From assembly GCA_963823665.1 (NCBI GenBank), contig CAWGMQ010000004.1, positions 1,344,001-1,408,000 on the forward strand: a stretch of 64,000 bases of DNA. Reading direction: 5' to 3'. Origin of the DNA: an uncultured Planctomycetota bacterium. GTDB lineage: Bacteria > Planctomycetota > Planctomycetia > Isosphaerales > Isosphaeraceae. This document shows positions 10,316-20,866 of this stretch, one piece after another; within the stretch, counting starts at the first letter, position 1, and every line of letters begins with the position of its first letter. The notes beneath the pieces were generated by a model. That model saw only the letters and a program-made list of their open reading frames with translations, did no database searches and was not told the DNA's origin. The position numbers and the translations under genes were made by a program.

Positions 10316-10525
10316 TTACTGGGGTTTGCCAATATGTACCGTTCCCGTTCCCGATACTGTGCCGCCGGAGATTTTCCTCAGCTCGTCATCGGAAAGACCA
10401 CGCGTGTCACTCTCTTTTTCCAGTTCCTTCTCGAGCGTCTCCTTCAGAGTCTCATGGGTTTTCTTCCCCGTCGGGGGAGACACCGGATTTGCACCGGCCG
10501 TGTCATCGATCGGTTGGTCAGCCAT
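10316..10525 (-). CDS. RiPP precursor peptide A1 (69 aa; leader ends LSDDELRKISGG; core TVSGTGTVHIGKPQ)
   Basis: AGGAGA RBS, double-glycine leader motif, directly upstream of the rSAM gene. Confidence 0.85.
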   Translation of the reverse strand: MADQPIDDTAGANPVSPPTGKKTHETLKETLEKELEKESDTRGLSDDELRKISGGTVSGTGTVHIGKPQ

Positions 10526-10742
10526 GTTCGTCTCTCCTGCTCTTTCGTCAAATGTCTCGATGAGCTCCGGTCGAATGGACCGGGCCAGCTCGTCGCAAAC
10601 GACCACGAACCGTCTTCAAGCCGCCGATTCAAACCAAGATTTGCCTCCCCGAGATGACCGGAAGTTCACGGGACACGAAGCTCGAAACCCGAGAAAACCC
10701 CGGGGAAAATCGCACGACTTCGGCGCAACGACAACACGGGAA

Positions 10743-10943
10743 TTACTGGCGAATTGCTGAGTTGGAAGGATGTGCTGTCCCAGCGGAGATTTTCCTCAGC
10801 TCCTCATCGGAAAGACCACGCGTGTCACTCTCTTTTTCCAGTTCCTTCTCGAGCGTCTCCTTCAGAGACTCATTGGTTTTCTTCCCCGTCGCGGGAGACA
10901 CCGGATTTGCACCGGCCGTGTCATCGATCGGTTGGTCAGCCAT
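10743..10943 (-). CDS. RiPP precursor peptide A2 (66 aa; leader ends LSDEELRKISAG; core TAHPSNSAIRQ)
   Basis: AGGAGA RBS; leader 50/55 identical to A1. Confidence 0.85.
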   Translation of the reverse strand: MADQPIDDTAGANPVSPATGKKTNESLKETLEKELEKESDTRGLSDEELRKISAGTAHPSNSAIRQ

Positions 10944-11320
10944 GTTCATCTCTCCTGCTCTTTCGTCAAATGTCTCGATGAGCGCCGGTCGAATGGACCG
11001 GGCCAGCTCGTCGCAAACGACCACGAACCGTCTTCAAGCCGCCGATTCAAACCAAGATTTGCCTCCCCGAGATGACCGGAAGTTCACGGGACACGACGCT
11101 TGACTCGACCGCGTTCGAAGTCTGAGCGGACCCCGAAAACCGGTCACCGAAACCGCCATGACCCAGATCGGCCCCGAGCGAATCGCGAGAGACCCCGATT
11201 GTCCTACAGTTCTTGTTACCGAAACTTCTCCCGAAATCTGACTCGGTCGCTGGAAAATTTCTCTGGGGAACGGAAGACTGAGCGTAAACCAGCTCTTTGA
11301 TAGGGTCGGGCGCGCCATCA

Positions 11321-11388
11321 AGCGCCAGCCAGTTCTCGACTTGCAAGCCTGGTACTTATCGGGCGCACGCACGGCCGGCCCTCTCCGC
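11321..11388. repeat. 68-bp direct repeat, copy B (right flank of RiPP locus)
   Basis: 57/68 identical to 7962-8029. Confidence 0.85.
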
Positions 11389-11580
11389 TGCCGTCGTGCT
11401 CGCCGGAACCGATCGATTCGCCAACAATTCAAAGTACGGGTAAAATAATGCGCCGGGTCAGGCCGCAATCGACACTTGGTTCGCCATGAACCGATTGCGA
11501 GCTCGGTCACCCATGCGTGAGGTCACACGCTCGCTGGAAAACCGTGACCGGCATTTCTTCGCATCGCAACTTCGGAAGCT

Positions 11581-11703
11581 GCCAGTGATCCGTTCGACCC
11601 GCCCGGGGCTAGCCGACGCCCCCGCAGACCTTTCCCCCCCTCGCAAAGGGGGGGCCAGGGGGGGTGAAGGGCGCCACCCGCCAGTGATCCGATCGACCCG
11701 CCC
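11581..11703. repeat. REP-like GC hairpin flanked by 24-bp direct repeats
   Basis: GCCAGTGATCCGWTCGACCCGCCC at 11581-11604 and 11680-11703 around CCCCCCCTCGCAAAGGGGGGG. Confidence 0.65.
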
Positions 11704-11764
11704 CCTACCCGACGGAGAAGTGGATTTCCTATAATCAATCGGCGACAGACCACCAGGAGACCGG

Positions 11765-12679
11765 ATGATCAGCAGCAGTTACAACCTGACCCATCTGAAA
11801 TTCCTCGAGGCTGAGAGCATCCACATCATCCGCGAGGTAGCCGCCGAGTTCGAGCGGCCGGTGATGCTCTACTCAATCGGCAAGGACTCCGCCGTCATGC
11901 TGCGGCTGGCGCAGAAGGCGTTCCACCCCGGACGGCTGCCCTTCCCGCTGCTGCACGTCGATACGACCTGGAAGTTCCGGGCGATGATCGAGTTCCGCGA
12001 TCGGTTCTGTCGCGAACAGGGCCTCGACTTGAAAGTCTGGATCAACCCGGAGGGCCGGGCCCAGAACATCAACCCGTTCGACCACGGCTCGAAAAAGCAC
12101 ACCGACATCATGAAGACGGCGGCGCTGAAGCAAGCGCTCAACCACTACCAGTTCGACGCGGCGTTCGGCGGTGCCCGTCGCGACGAGGAGAAGAGCCGGG
12201 CCAAGGAGCGCGTCTACAGCTTCCGCGACCGCCTGCACCAGTGGGACCCGAAGAACCAGCGGCCGGAGCTCTGGAATCTGTACAACAGCAAGGTGAACAA
12301 GGGCGAGAGCATCCGCGCCTTCCCGCTGAGCAACTGGACCGAGCTGGACGTCTGGCAATACGTCCACCTGGAGAACATCCCCATCGTGCCGCTCTACTTC
12401 GCTGACGTCCGCCCGGTCGTCGAGCGCGACGGCACGCTCATCATGGTGGACGACGAGCGGATGCCATTGCTGCCCGGCGAGGAGCCGATGATGAAGCGGG
12501 TGCGGTTCCGCACGCTGGGCTGCTATCCGCTCACGGGGGCGATCGAGAGCAACGCGACGACGCTGCCGGAGATCATCGAGGAGATGCTGCTGGCGAGGAA
12601 CTCCGAGCGGCAGGGCCGGGTGATCGACCACGATGAGACGGGGTCGATGGAGCAGAAGAAGCGCGAGGGGTACTTCTGA
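11765..12679 (+). CDS. cysD: Sulfate adenylyltransferase subunit 2
   Basis: [48 protein letters not shown]. Confidence 0.97.
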   Translation: MISSSYNLTHLKFLEAESIHIIREVAAEFERPVMLYSIGKDSAVMLRLAQKAFHPGRLPFPLLHVDTTWKFRAMIEFRDRFCREQGLDLKVWINPEGRAQNINPFDHGSKKHTDIMKTAALKQALNHYQFDAAFGGARRDEEKSRAKERVYSFRDRLHQWDPKNQRPELWNLYNSKVNKGESIRAFPLSNWTELDVWQYVHLENIPIVPLYFADVRPVVERDGTLIMVDDERMPLLPGEEPMMKRVRFRTLGCYPLTGAIESNATTLPEIIEEMLLARNSERQGRVIDHDETGSMEQKKREGYF

Positions 12680-12680
12680 A

Positions 12681-14617
12681 ATGCAAGCTGTTGACCTGAG
12701 TCAGGAAGACATCCACACTTACCTCGCCCGCCACCAGAAGAAGGAGCTCCTGCGCTTCCTCACCTGCGGCAGCGTCGACGACGGCAAGAGCACGCTCATC
12801 GGCCGGCTGCTGCACGACACCAAGATGATCTACGAGGACCAGCTCGCCGCCGTGAAACGCGACAGTGAAAAGGTCGGCACCACCGGCGCCGGCGAGATCG
12901 ACCTCGCCCTGCTGACCGACGGCCTGAAGGCCGAGCGCGAGCAGGGAATCACCATCGACGTCGCGTATCGCTACTTCTCGACCGACCGCCGCAAATTCAT
13001 CATCGCCGACACGCCGGGCCACGAGCAGTACACGCGCAACATGGCCACCGGCGCCTCGACTGCTCAACTGGCCATCATCCTGATCGACGCCCGCCACGGC
13101 GTCATGACCCAGACCCGCCGGCACTCGTTCATCGTGTCGCTGCTGGGCATCCGGCACGTGGTCGTCGCCATCAACAAGATGGACTTGGTCGACTACTCTC
13201 GCGACGTCTTCGAGCGCATCAAGGACGACTACACCGGCTTCGTCGCCAAGCTCGAGCTGCGCGACATCACCTTCATCCCGATGTCGGCGCTCAAGGGCGA
13301 CAACGTCGCGTCCAAGAGCGACGCAATACCGTGGTATTCCGGCCCGCCGCTGCTGGATCACCTGGAGACGGTGCACATCGCCAGCGACCGCAACCTGACC
13401 GACTTGCGTTTCCCGGTGCAGTACGTCATCCGCCCCAATCTCGACTTCCGCGGCTTCGCCGGCACGGTTGCGTCCGGCGTCCTGCGCAAGGGCGACGAGG
13501 TGATGGTGCTGCCGTCGGGCAAGCGCAGCCAGGGTGAAGTCGATCGTGACGTACGACGGCGAGCTGGAAGAAGCGTTCGCGGCACAGGCCGTGACCGTGA
13601 CGCTGACCGACGAGGTGGACGTCAGCCGCGGCGACATGCTGGTGCTGCCGGACAATCCGCCGCACGTCGAGCAGCGAGATCGAGGCGATGGTGGTGTGGA
13701 TGGCCGAGCAGCCGTTCGTGCCCGGCCGGCCGTATACGCTGAAGCAAACCACGCGACAGGTGACGGCGGAGGTCGCGTCATTCCGCTACGGCGTCGACGT
13801 CAACACCCTGGAGCACCGAGCCATCGCACGGCTGGGGCTGAACGAGGTCGGGCACGTGCAGCTTAGCCTGACGCAGCCGCTGGCGTGCGACCCGTACCGC
13901 ACCAACGCCGCGACCGGGGCGTTCATCCTGATCGACCGGCTGACGAACAACACGGTCGGAGCGGGGATGATCCTGGAGACCGGAAGCGGCCGGGCTCCGG
14001 GCGACGCCTGGGCGGCGCAGCCGGCGGAGCGTCTCAAGCCGCGCGAGAGCCTGATCGCGCCGGCCGAGCGCGAGCAGCGCTTCGGCCACGTGCCGATGAC
14101 GGTGCTTCTGGTGGGGCTGACGGGGAGCGGCAAGAGCCGGATCGCGTACGGGCTCGAGCGCCGCCTGTGGGACGAGGGCCGGGCAGTGACGGTGTTGTAC
14201 GGCCAGAGCATGCGACAGGGTCTGAACCGCGACCTGGGGTTCACCGCAGACGACCGCTCGGAGAACCTGCGGCGGTCGGCCGAGGTGGCGAAATTGATGA
14301 ACGACGCGGGGGTGATCACCATCGCGGCGTTCGTGGCACCACACGAGGCGGTGCGCGAGAAGGCGAAGCAGTTGATCGGCCGGGACCGCGTGCTTGAGGT
14401 GTACTGCACGGCGCCGATGGAGGTACTGCGGGCGCGCGACCAGAGCGGCGCGTACCGATTGGCTGACGCGGGCACGATCGCGCAGATGCCGGGCGTGACT
14501 GCGGCCTTCGAGGAGCCAAAAACGCCCGACCTCGTGCTGGAGACCGACCGGATCAGCGTCGACGAGAGCGTCAACCGCATCGTCGAGTTGATGAAGTCGA
14601 GGGGATATATACTCTAG
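12681..14617 (+). CDS. cysNC: Bifunctional sulfate adenylyltransferase subunit 1/APS kinase (frameshifts near 13530 and 13680)
   Basis: [20 protein letters not shown] GTPase motifs; C-terminal GLTGSGKS and [12 protein letters not shown]; split over three frames. Confidence 0.92.
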
Positions 14618-14868
14618 CGTTCGACCGGAAAAGGTGCCAGGAACCGAAAACGGCTTTCCCGTCACACGTCATCTGGTGGATGCCAGCCCGCGAGCACCCA
14701 GTAGGTGGCCGAGTGACGCCCGGCGTCGATGTTGATCCCGGTTGACCCACGCACCATCCAGTTCGGGGCGAAGTTCCACCAGAACTCCGCGGACGGAGTA
14801 ATGACCGGTGGGGCCCGTGGGGTTGGAGGCGATGAACGAGACCACGGCCAGCAGCTCCAAACGCTGGT

Positions 14869-17800
14869 TCAAGTGTTGATGACCGTCACCGTCTCGTCCT
14901 TCTGGGTGACCGCGTCCGACGAATTGACGATGAACCAATTCTGGTATTCTGATTGCATAGGACCATCGCTGACGGTGTTGGACTGACGGTTGGAGTGCAC
15001 GGTGTTGCGATTGAGCCCGTATGTGTTCGATCCGACCGTGATCCCGTTCGTGATCTTGGAGATGCGCACTCCGTACGCGTCGGTCGAGGACCACTCGGCC
15101 AGAATCGCATCGAGGGCCGCGATATTGGCGGCGCTGTTCGCATTATAGACAGTCACGCCGGTGAGCAGGATGTCGTTGCCGTTGCCGGTGATCGTATTGG
15201 GGCCGCCGCCGCCGATCAGGATATTCTTCCCGCTGCCATCGTCCGTGAGCGTGTTCGCGCCCGGGCCGCCGATCAAGATATCATTGCCCGTTGCCGTGCT
15301 GTTCAGCGTCAAGGTGTTGGCTTTGCCCTGACTGCCGCCGCCGTAAAGGATTGCATTGCCTGCGCCGCCCGCCGTCAGGTTCGTGACTCCCGAAAAAGCG
15401 CTCGCGTCGACGATGACGGTGGGTTTGCCGCTCGAGGTGTTCGCGGTCAAGTTCGCGGTGGTCATTCCCCTCAGGGTAAGGTTCATGCCGTCGGTGGAAG
15501 AGAGCGACGTGTTGGTCAGCGTGTAGCCGGCATTCTTGGTGGCCAGCACCGTGCTCACCGTGCCTGCGCTCGGGGCCGTCAGCGTAGCCGCGCCTGTAAA
15601 ACCGCTCACGTCGAAGCTGTTTATCCTCCCCTTGGCATCGATTTCCCTGCCGATCGAGCCATTGAACTGGATCGTGGCCCCGTTGAAGACGTCGCCGGCC
15701 GCGAAGGTCACGGCCGCGTTCGTGAGGGTGAACGCATTGGTCTTCGACTCGCCACTGATCGTCACGCCACCGCCATTGCCGGTAAAAACGACGGTGCCTG
15801 CCGGCGTGACGCTCCACGAGGCGTTCGCGAGGGAGACCTGAAGGATGGGGCCGCTTGCTATGGGAGTTACCGTGTACGAATCGCTGCCGGTGCTGTTGAA
15901 GCCGAGCGAATCGGGAGTTGTCAGGTTCAAGCTTTGACTGTCGCCCAGCCACGGGCTGAAGTTGATGTTACCCCGCGCAGGCGACCCGCCCGGTGAAGCG
16001 GGCCCGCCACTGCTGCCCCACCAGTTGTAAGTCGCAGCGATCTGAGGGGCTCCGCCGTTGTAAATGCCGGCAAAGGTGTTGTTCGCCAGGTCGTCGTACT
16101 GGGCCGTCACGGCACTGTCGGCACCAATGTTGTCGATACCCATACCGTTGCCTGCGATTGTGCTATGGGTGATCGTCGCGGTGCCGGTTCTGACCAATAT
16201 CCCGGTGTTCCACCCGGTGACCTGACTCTGGCTCACGTTCAGCGTTCCGCCCTCGACATCGATTCCCTCAAAGCCACTAGCTTGCGCAGGACCAATGAAC
16301 TGGCAGTTGGTCAAGGTGGTGTCGCCATCGCTCGTCAGGCCGATGCCAACCGAGTAAGAAGTGGAAGGCTCGATGGTTAATCCCGAGATGTGCGCCGTGA
16401 CATCCGTCTCGACCTGGAAGACCTGTATGCTGCCGTTGATCGTGATGCTCGATCCGGCCGTGAGTCCCTGAGTGGTGATCGTCCAGAGCGGAACCTGGCT
16501 CTCCAGCTTGAGTGTGCTGCCATTGCCGGTCAGAGTGATCGTCTGCTTGCCGGTGAATACTGCCGGGTCGAAGGTGATCGCGACAGGTCCGGCGAACGAA
16601 TTTGCCAGACTGACCGCTCCGGTGAGAGTCAACTCCGCCGGTACGGTGTCGACCGGCCCGGCCGGCGATTCGACGACCAGGCTGTACTGGTAGGCGCCGA
16701 TGTCGACCGAGGCGCCTCGAGCCATCCCGCGCTGGTCGGTCGTGACGCCGCTCACAGAAGTGCCCTTGCCTATGGCCGGGCTGCCGGCCAGGAGCGCCAT
16801 CGTCTGCGTGGGCCCGCCGTACGAACCCAGCGAGTCAAGACCCGGATCTGCGACCCCGACGATGTTCCCGTTGAGTCCGTTCGTTAGCCCGCCCGATCCG
16901 CCGGTGCCGATCAGATTATAAATGCCGGCGACGCGGCTCGAGCCGGCGATGTCGCTCGGCGCGCCCGTAGGCCCAATCCGATTCCCGGCAACGATCGTGT
17001 CGGTCAGGGTCGCCGTGCCGAGATTGTACAGGCCGCCCCCCTTGGTCGCGGAATTGGCGCTCAGTGTACAGTCGATGAAACTCACCGTGCCGACGGCAGA
17101 GTTTTCCACGCCGCCGCCGTTGCCGGGAAAGGTTGAATCGGAGCCCAAGGAGTTTCCGCTCACGGTGCAGTTCGTCAGGGTCGCCTTCCCGTAGTTTGCG
17201 ATCGCGCCGCCGTTGCCGTCGTGCTCAACACCGTTTTTGCTCAGAGTGGAGTTGGTCAGTGTCAAAGTACCATTGTTGACTATCGCACCACCGCTCCCAT
17301 CGACGGCACTGTTCCCGCTGATGGTGCAGTTCGTCAAGGTCATCATACCCGCATTGCCGAGGCCGCCGGCCTGGTTTCCATAGTCCTGGGTGATGGAGCA
17401 ATTGGTCAGGTTCGCCCCACCGGCGCTGAACAGGCCGCCATCCTGGGTTGCGCCGTTTTCGGTCACGGTGCAGCCTGTCAGAATCAGCGTGCTTGTACTG
17501 AAAAGACCGCCGCCCATGTTGGCGCCGTTTGAGCTCAAGGTGCAATTGGTCAGAGTTGCCTGGGCGTAGCTTGCGATTCCGCCGCCGTTGTTGCTCGCGT
17601 TGCTTCCGGTCACGGTGCAGCCCGTCATGGTCAGCATGCCGAGGCTCGCGATGCCGCCGCCGTCCTTGGTCGCCTTGCCGCCGCTAAGCGTGCAATTGGT
17701 CAGCGTCAAGGTGCCGAAATTGAGCAAATCGCCACCCTGGTCTGCCGAGCCTCCGGTGATCGTGAGACCCGAAAGAGACGCTGTGACACCGCCGTCGACC

Positions 17801-20385
17801 TGGAATACCCGGCTGGCGGCGGCGGCCTTTATGGTTACTCCAGCCGCGGGGCCGGTGATCGTCTGAGTGCCGCTGGTGTTGCTGAGCTCGAGCTCCCCTG
17901 AAGTCAACGTGATCGTCTGAGGTGTCGCGAAAACCTTGGGGTCAAACGTCATGGTGTGACTTCCTGGCTCCAGGTCGGCCAGCCTGACCGCGGCAGCGAG
18001 GTCAAGCGCGCCGGAAGGCACGCCCGAACCCTCGAAGGGCGTATTCACGGCCAGCACGTTCGAATCGACCTGGAAAGCGCCGATGTCGACCGGGCTGTCT
18101 AGCGGGAAACCGCGCTGGTCGGTCGTGACGCCCGCGACCTTGGTGCCTTTTCCGATTGCGGGACTGCCTGGCAGCAGGGCCACAGTTTGAGTCGGCCCGC
18201 CGTAGTAGGCAAGGCTGGCGAGTCCCGGGCTGGCGACTCCGACAATGTTTCCACCAACGCCGTTTGTGAGCCCGCCCGAGCCACCGGTGCCGATCAGGTT
18301 ATAGGTGCCTGAGACGTTGATTCCGCCCCCAATGTCGCTCGGTGCTGCTGAACCATTCGTGTTGCCGGCAACGATCGTATTCGTCAGTGTGGCCGAATTG
18401 CCGGCGTTGAAGAGGCCGCCGCCACCCTTCGCGCCCCCTGAGTTGCCAGTGACCGTGCAATTCGTCAGGGACAGCGAGCCGTCGTTGTACACGCCCCCCC
18501 CGCCGTCTGCCGAATTTCCGGCGACCGTGCAGTTGATCAAGGTCGACGTGCCCGCGCTCATGTCCAAACCGCCGCCGATCCCACTCGCCGTGTTGCCGCT
18601 GAGCGTGCAACCGGTGAGCGTTGTCTTTCCGCTCATGAACAGACCGCCGCCCGCGCCCGCGTTGTTGTCGGTTACGGCACAGTTCACGAGCGTCGTCATT
18701 CCATTGCCGGCCAGACCGCCACCCTCGTTACCCGCCGAGTTGCCGCTCAATACGCAGTTGGTCAACGTCGCCGAGCCATAATTCTCGAGGCCGCCGCCCG
18801 TGCCAATGGTGGACGCCGTGTTCCCTGTAATCAAACAGTTATTCAGGGTGAGGTTCCCCGAATTGACCAGGCCGCCGCCGTCCGACCCCATCGAATTGCC
18901 TCCGGTGATCGTGAGCGCCGAAAGCGATGCCGTAACGCCCGCGTCGATCTTGAACACCTGGCTGTTGCCGCCGCCGCTTACACTCAGTGCGGCGGTCGGG
19001 CCGTTGATCGTCTGTGTGCCGTGGGTGTTGTTGAAATCAAGCGGGCCTGAAGCCAGCGTGATCGTCTGCGCCGTGGCGAAAACCGACGAGTCGAAGGTGA
19101 TCGTGTGACTGACGGGTGCCGAATTGGCCAGATTGACGGCCGCCGATAGACTGAGGTCGCCGGACGGCACGCTAGCGGTGCCGGCGGTCGTATTCACCAC
19201 CTCCGCGCCAGACAGTGTCTGGAATGCGCCGATGTCCGGGTTTTGGCTGGGCCGCAGGAAACCGCGCTGGTCGGTCGTGACGTTGAATTCCGTTATGCCA
19301 TTCCCGATCGCGGGGCTTCCCGGTTGCAGCGCGACGGTCGCGGTCGGCCCGCCGTAGAAGGCGAGCCCGGCCAAGTCTGGCGAACTCTTATTGATCTGAT
19401 CAGAACTGCCCCAGCCCGAACTACCTGCTGTATTACCGATGAAGTTGTGGCCCCCCACCGAGTCAACCGCACCGCCGGAGTAGACCGTGCCGTAGACGTC
19501 CGGCGCTCCACTTGTTCCCGTGTTGCCGGCCACGATCGTGTTCCACATGATCGGGCTTAGATTGCAGTACAACCCGCCGCCGAACGCCGCCGTGTTGCTG
19601 GTGAACGTGCAGCTCACCAGAAATGCATTATCATCATTATTGTACAGGCCCCCTCCGTAGTAGCCGTTCTTGGCGGTGTTGTCCGCGAAGGTCGAGTTGT
19701 AAGCTTGCAGGGAGAAGTTGTTGTACACGCCGCCGCCGAATTCGCCGGCCGTGTCGAAGCTGAATGTGCAGCCCGTGAGAGTTGCAATATTGTCGTTGTA
19801 CAGTCCTCCTCCGTAGTCGCTGGAGCCTGCGTTGTCGCTGCTCACCGTGCAATCGGTCAGATCGAGATCGCCGAGGTTGTAGATGCCGCCGCCATGCCCG
19901 GAGCTCGTATTGCCGCTGATGGCGCAGTCGGTCATGGTCAGCAGCGTACCGTCGTTGTACACACCGCTGTCACTGCCGTCGGTTATGGTCAGGTTCGAGA
20001 TCGCAGCGGTGACCCCGCTGTAGATCGAGAATATGGCGCCTTTGTTGTCGCCATTGATCGTCAGGCCGGAGGACGGACCAACGATGGTCACGTTCTCGGC
20101 GATGTTCAGCACTCCATTCGTGAGCACGATTGGGCTGGTTACACTCGTGGCAAAGTTGATCGTGGCTCCAGCGGGGGCCGAGGCGAGCGTGGCACGCAGC
20201 GAGCCCGGGTCGGAAGGATTGTCGCTGTTGTCGGTGACGATGTACGTCGACAGGAGCCGGCGCTCCTCGAGATCCATGAGCGCCGGCTGAACCCGGCGCC
20301 TTTGGCCACGTGACGATTGTGATCCCTTGCCGAGCGGCCAGCCTTGCTGCCCCCACCACTTGAACCCGACCGTGCTGCGACGCAT
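14869..20385 (-). CDS. Large secreted beta-helix (PMP/PbH1-like, choice-of-anchor Q-like) protein with RTX-like C-terminus
   Basis: LEERRLLS planctomycete extracellular motif; many N-x-A-x-x-GGG and TLTNCTxSGN repeats; three TTDQRG...DIGAFQ/YQ modules; GNDILIGG repeats. Confidence 0.88.
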   Translation of the reverse strand: MRRSTVGFKWWGQQGWPLGKGSQSSRGQRRRVQPALMDLEERRLLSTYIVTDNSDNPSDPGSLRATLASAPAGATINFATSVTSPIVLTNGVLNIAENVTIVGPSSGLTINGDNKGAIFSIYSGVTAAISNLTITDGSDSGVYNDGTLLTMTDCAISGNTSSGHGGGIYNLGDLDLTDCTVSSDNAGSSDYGGGLYNDNIATLTGCTFSFDTAGEFGGGVYNNFSLQAYNSTFADNTAKNGYYGGGLYNNDDNAFLVSCTFTSNTAAFGGGLYCNLSPIMWNTIVAGNTGTSGAPDVYGTVYSGGAVDSVGGHNFIGNTAGSSGWGSSDQINKSSPDLAGLAFYGGPTATVALQPGSPAIGNGITEFNVTTDQRGFLRPSQNPDIGAFQTLSGAEVVNTTAGTASVPSGDLSLSAAVNLANSAPVSHTITFDSSVFATAQTITLASGPLDFNNTHGTQTINGPTAALSVSGGGNSQVFKIDAGVTASLSALTITGGNSMGSDGGGLVNSGNLTLNNCLITGNTASTIGTGGGLENYGSATLTNCVLSGNSAGNEGGGLAGNGMTTLVNCAVTDNNAGAGGGLFMSGKTTLTGCTLSGNTASGIGGGLDMSAGTSTLINCTVAGNSADGGGGVYNDGSLSLTNCTVTGNSGGAKGGGGLFNAGNSATLTNTIVAGNTNGSAAPSDIGGGINVSGTYNLIGTGGSGGLTNGVGGNIVGVASPGLASLAYYGGPTQTVALLPGSPAIGKGTKVAGVTTDQRGFPLDSPVDIGAFQVDSNVLAVNTPFEGSGVPSGALDLAAAVRLADLEPGSHTMTFDPKVFATPQTITLTSGELELSNTSGTQTITGPAAGVTIKAAAASRVFQVDGGVTASLSGLTITGGSADQGGDLLNFGTLTLTNCTLSGGKATKDGGGIASLGMLTMTGCTVTGSNASNNGGGIASYAQATLTNCTLSSNGANMGGGLFSTSTLILTGCTVTENGATQDGGLFSAGGANLTNCSITQDYGNQAGGLGNAGMMTLTNCTISGNSAVDGSGGAIVNNGTLTLTNSTLSKNGVEHDGNGGAIANYGKATLTNCTVSGNSLGSDSTFPGNGGGVENSAVGTVSFIDCTLSANSATKGGGLYNLGTATLTDTIVAGNRIGPTGAPSDIAGSSRVAGIYNLIGTGGSGGLTNGLNGNIVGVADPGLDSLGSYGGPTQTMALLAGSPAIGKGTSVSGVTTDQRGMARGASVDIGAYQYSLVVESPAGPVDTVPAELTLTGAVSLANSFAGPVAITFDPAVFTGKQTITLTGNGSTLKLESQVPLWTITTQGLTAGSSITINGSIQVFQVETDVTAHISGLTIEPSTSYSVGIGLTSDGDTTLTNCQFIGPAQASGFEGIDVEGGTLNVSQSQVTGWNTGILVRTGTATITHSTIAGNGMGIDNIGADSAVTAQYDDLANNTFAGIYNGGAPQIAATYNWWGSSGGPASPGGSPARGNINFSPWLGDSQSLNLTTPDSLGFNSTGSDSYTVTPIASGPILQVSLANASWSVTPAGTVVFTGNGGGVTISGESKTNAFTLTNAAVTFAAGDVFNGATIQFNGSIGREIDAKGRINSFDVSGFTGAATLTAPSAGTVSTVLATKNAGYTLTNTSLSSTDGMNLTLRGMTTANLTANTSSGKPTVIVDASAFSGVTNLTAGGAGNAILYGGGSQGKANTLTLNSTATGNDILIGGPGANTLTDDGSGKNILIGGGGPNTITGNGNDILLTGVTVYNANSAANIAALDAILAEWSSTDAYGVRISKITNGITVGSNTYGLNRNTVHSNRQSNTVSDGPMQSEYQNWFIVNSSDAVTQKDETVTVINT

Positions 20386-20866
20386 GATGTACCTCGCTGT
20401 TCAACGAACGCCAAAGTTGCCGGCGCGTGCGCGTAGAGCGAACGGCACGCGCTCTCGTGCCAATCACTCCGTCGAGTGCTGGCCACCGAGCGATTCTTCG
20501 CGCTTCCACATCACAATCTGAGAACCAGGCTGCCGGAGGCTCAAAATCGCGTGAAAGAATTCTGGCAACGCGCCATCGAGCCGCCGCAAATCAAGCTCGT
20601 CAGCCCGCTTCGCGAACCAGGAACACTCATCCTCATCAGGGATTTGCGATCAGCGAACGGGCTTCATTGCGGGCCACTTTTGGTTTTGTATACACTTGAC
20701 CAAATTAGGTAAACTGCGCAATCTATATATGATTTGCCTCGGGCAGTATAATGAGTGCATGATAGCTAGTAAGGAATTGCACCTGGTTGGATCGATCCTC
20801 CACGCGGTGGGACACTGATCGCGTCGAACGCGTTCTCGGACGCCGATGCGTCCCGGAAGAACTGTC

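Larger units (their letters stand above)
10256..11096. repeat. Tandem duplication of the precursor unit (10256-10678 and 10683-11096)
   Basis: Near-identical units of 423 and 414 bp; differences concentrated in core-coding codons. Confidence 0.95.

Noticed and set aside
10147..10332. N-terminal extension of the rSAM ORF to 694 aa
   Set aside because: It overlaps precursor A1 and runs through the repeat and hairpin; family-like sequence begins after Met at 10146
10526..10606. Longer precursor starts (MVVCDEL...) in the ORF track, also 10944-11024
   Set aside because: The strong AGGAGA RBS sits directly before MADQP in both copies
10256..11096. Possible CRISPR array or DGR template/variable repeat pair
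   Set aside because: Only two ~420-bp units, no cas or reverse transcriptase gene in the window, and core differences include an indel and are not adenine-specific
13520..13690. Programmed frameshifting in cysNC
   Set aside because: No slippery heptamer seen; similar indels throughout the window point to error or decay
14669..14860. Possible gene fragment (EFWWNFAPNWMVRG on the minus strand)
   Set aside because: Looks protein-like but I cannot assign a family or boundaries
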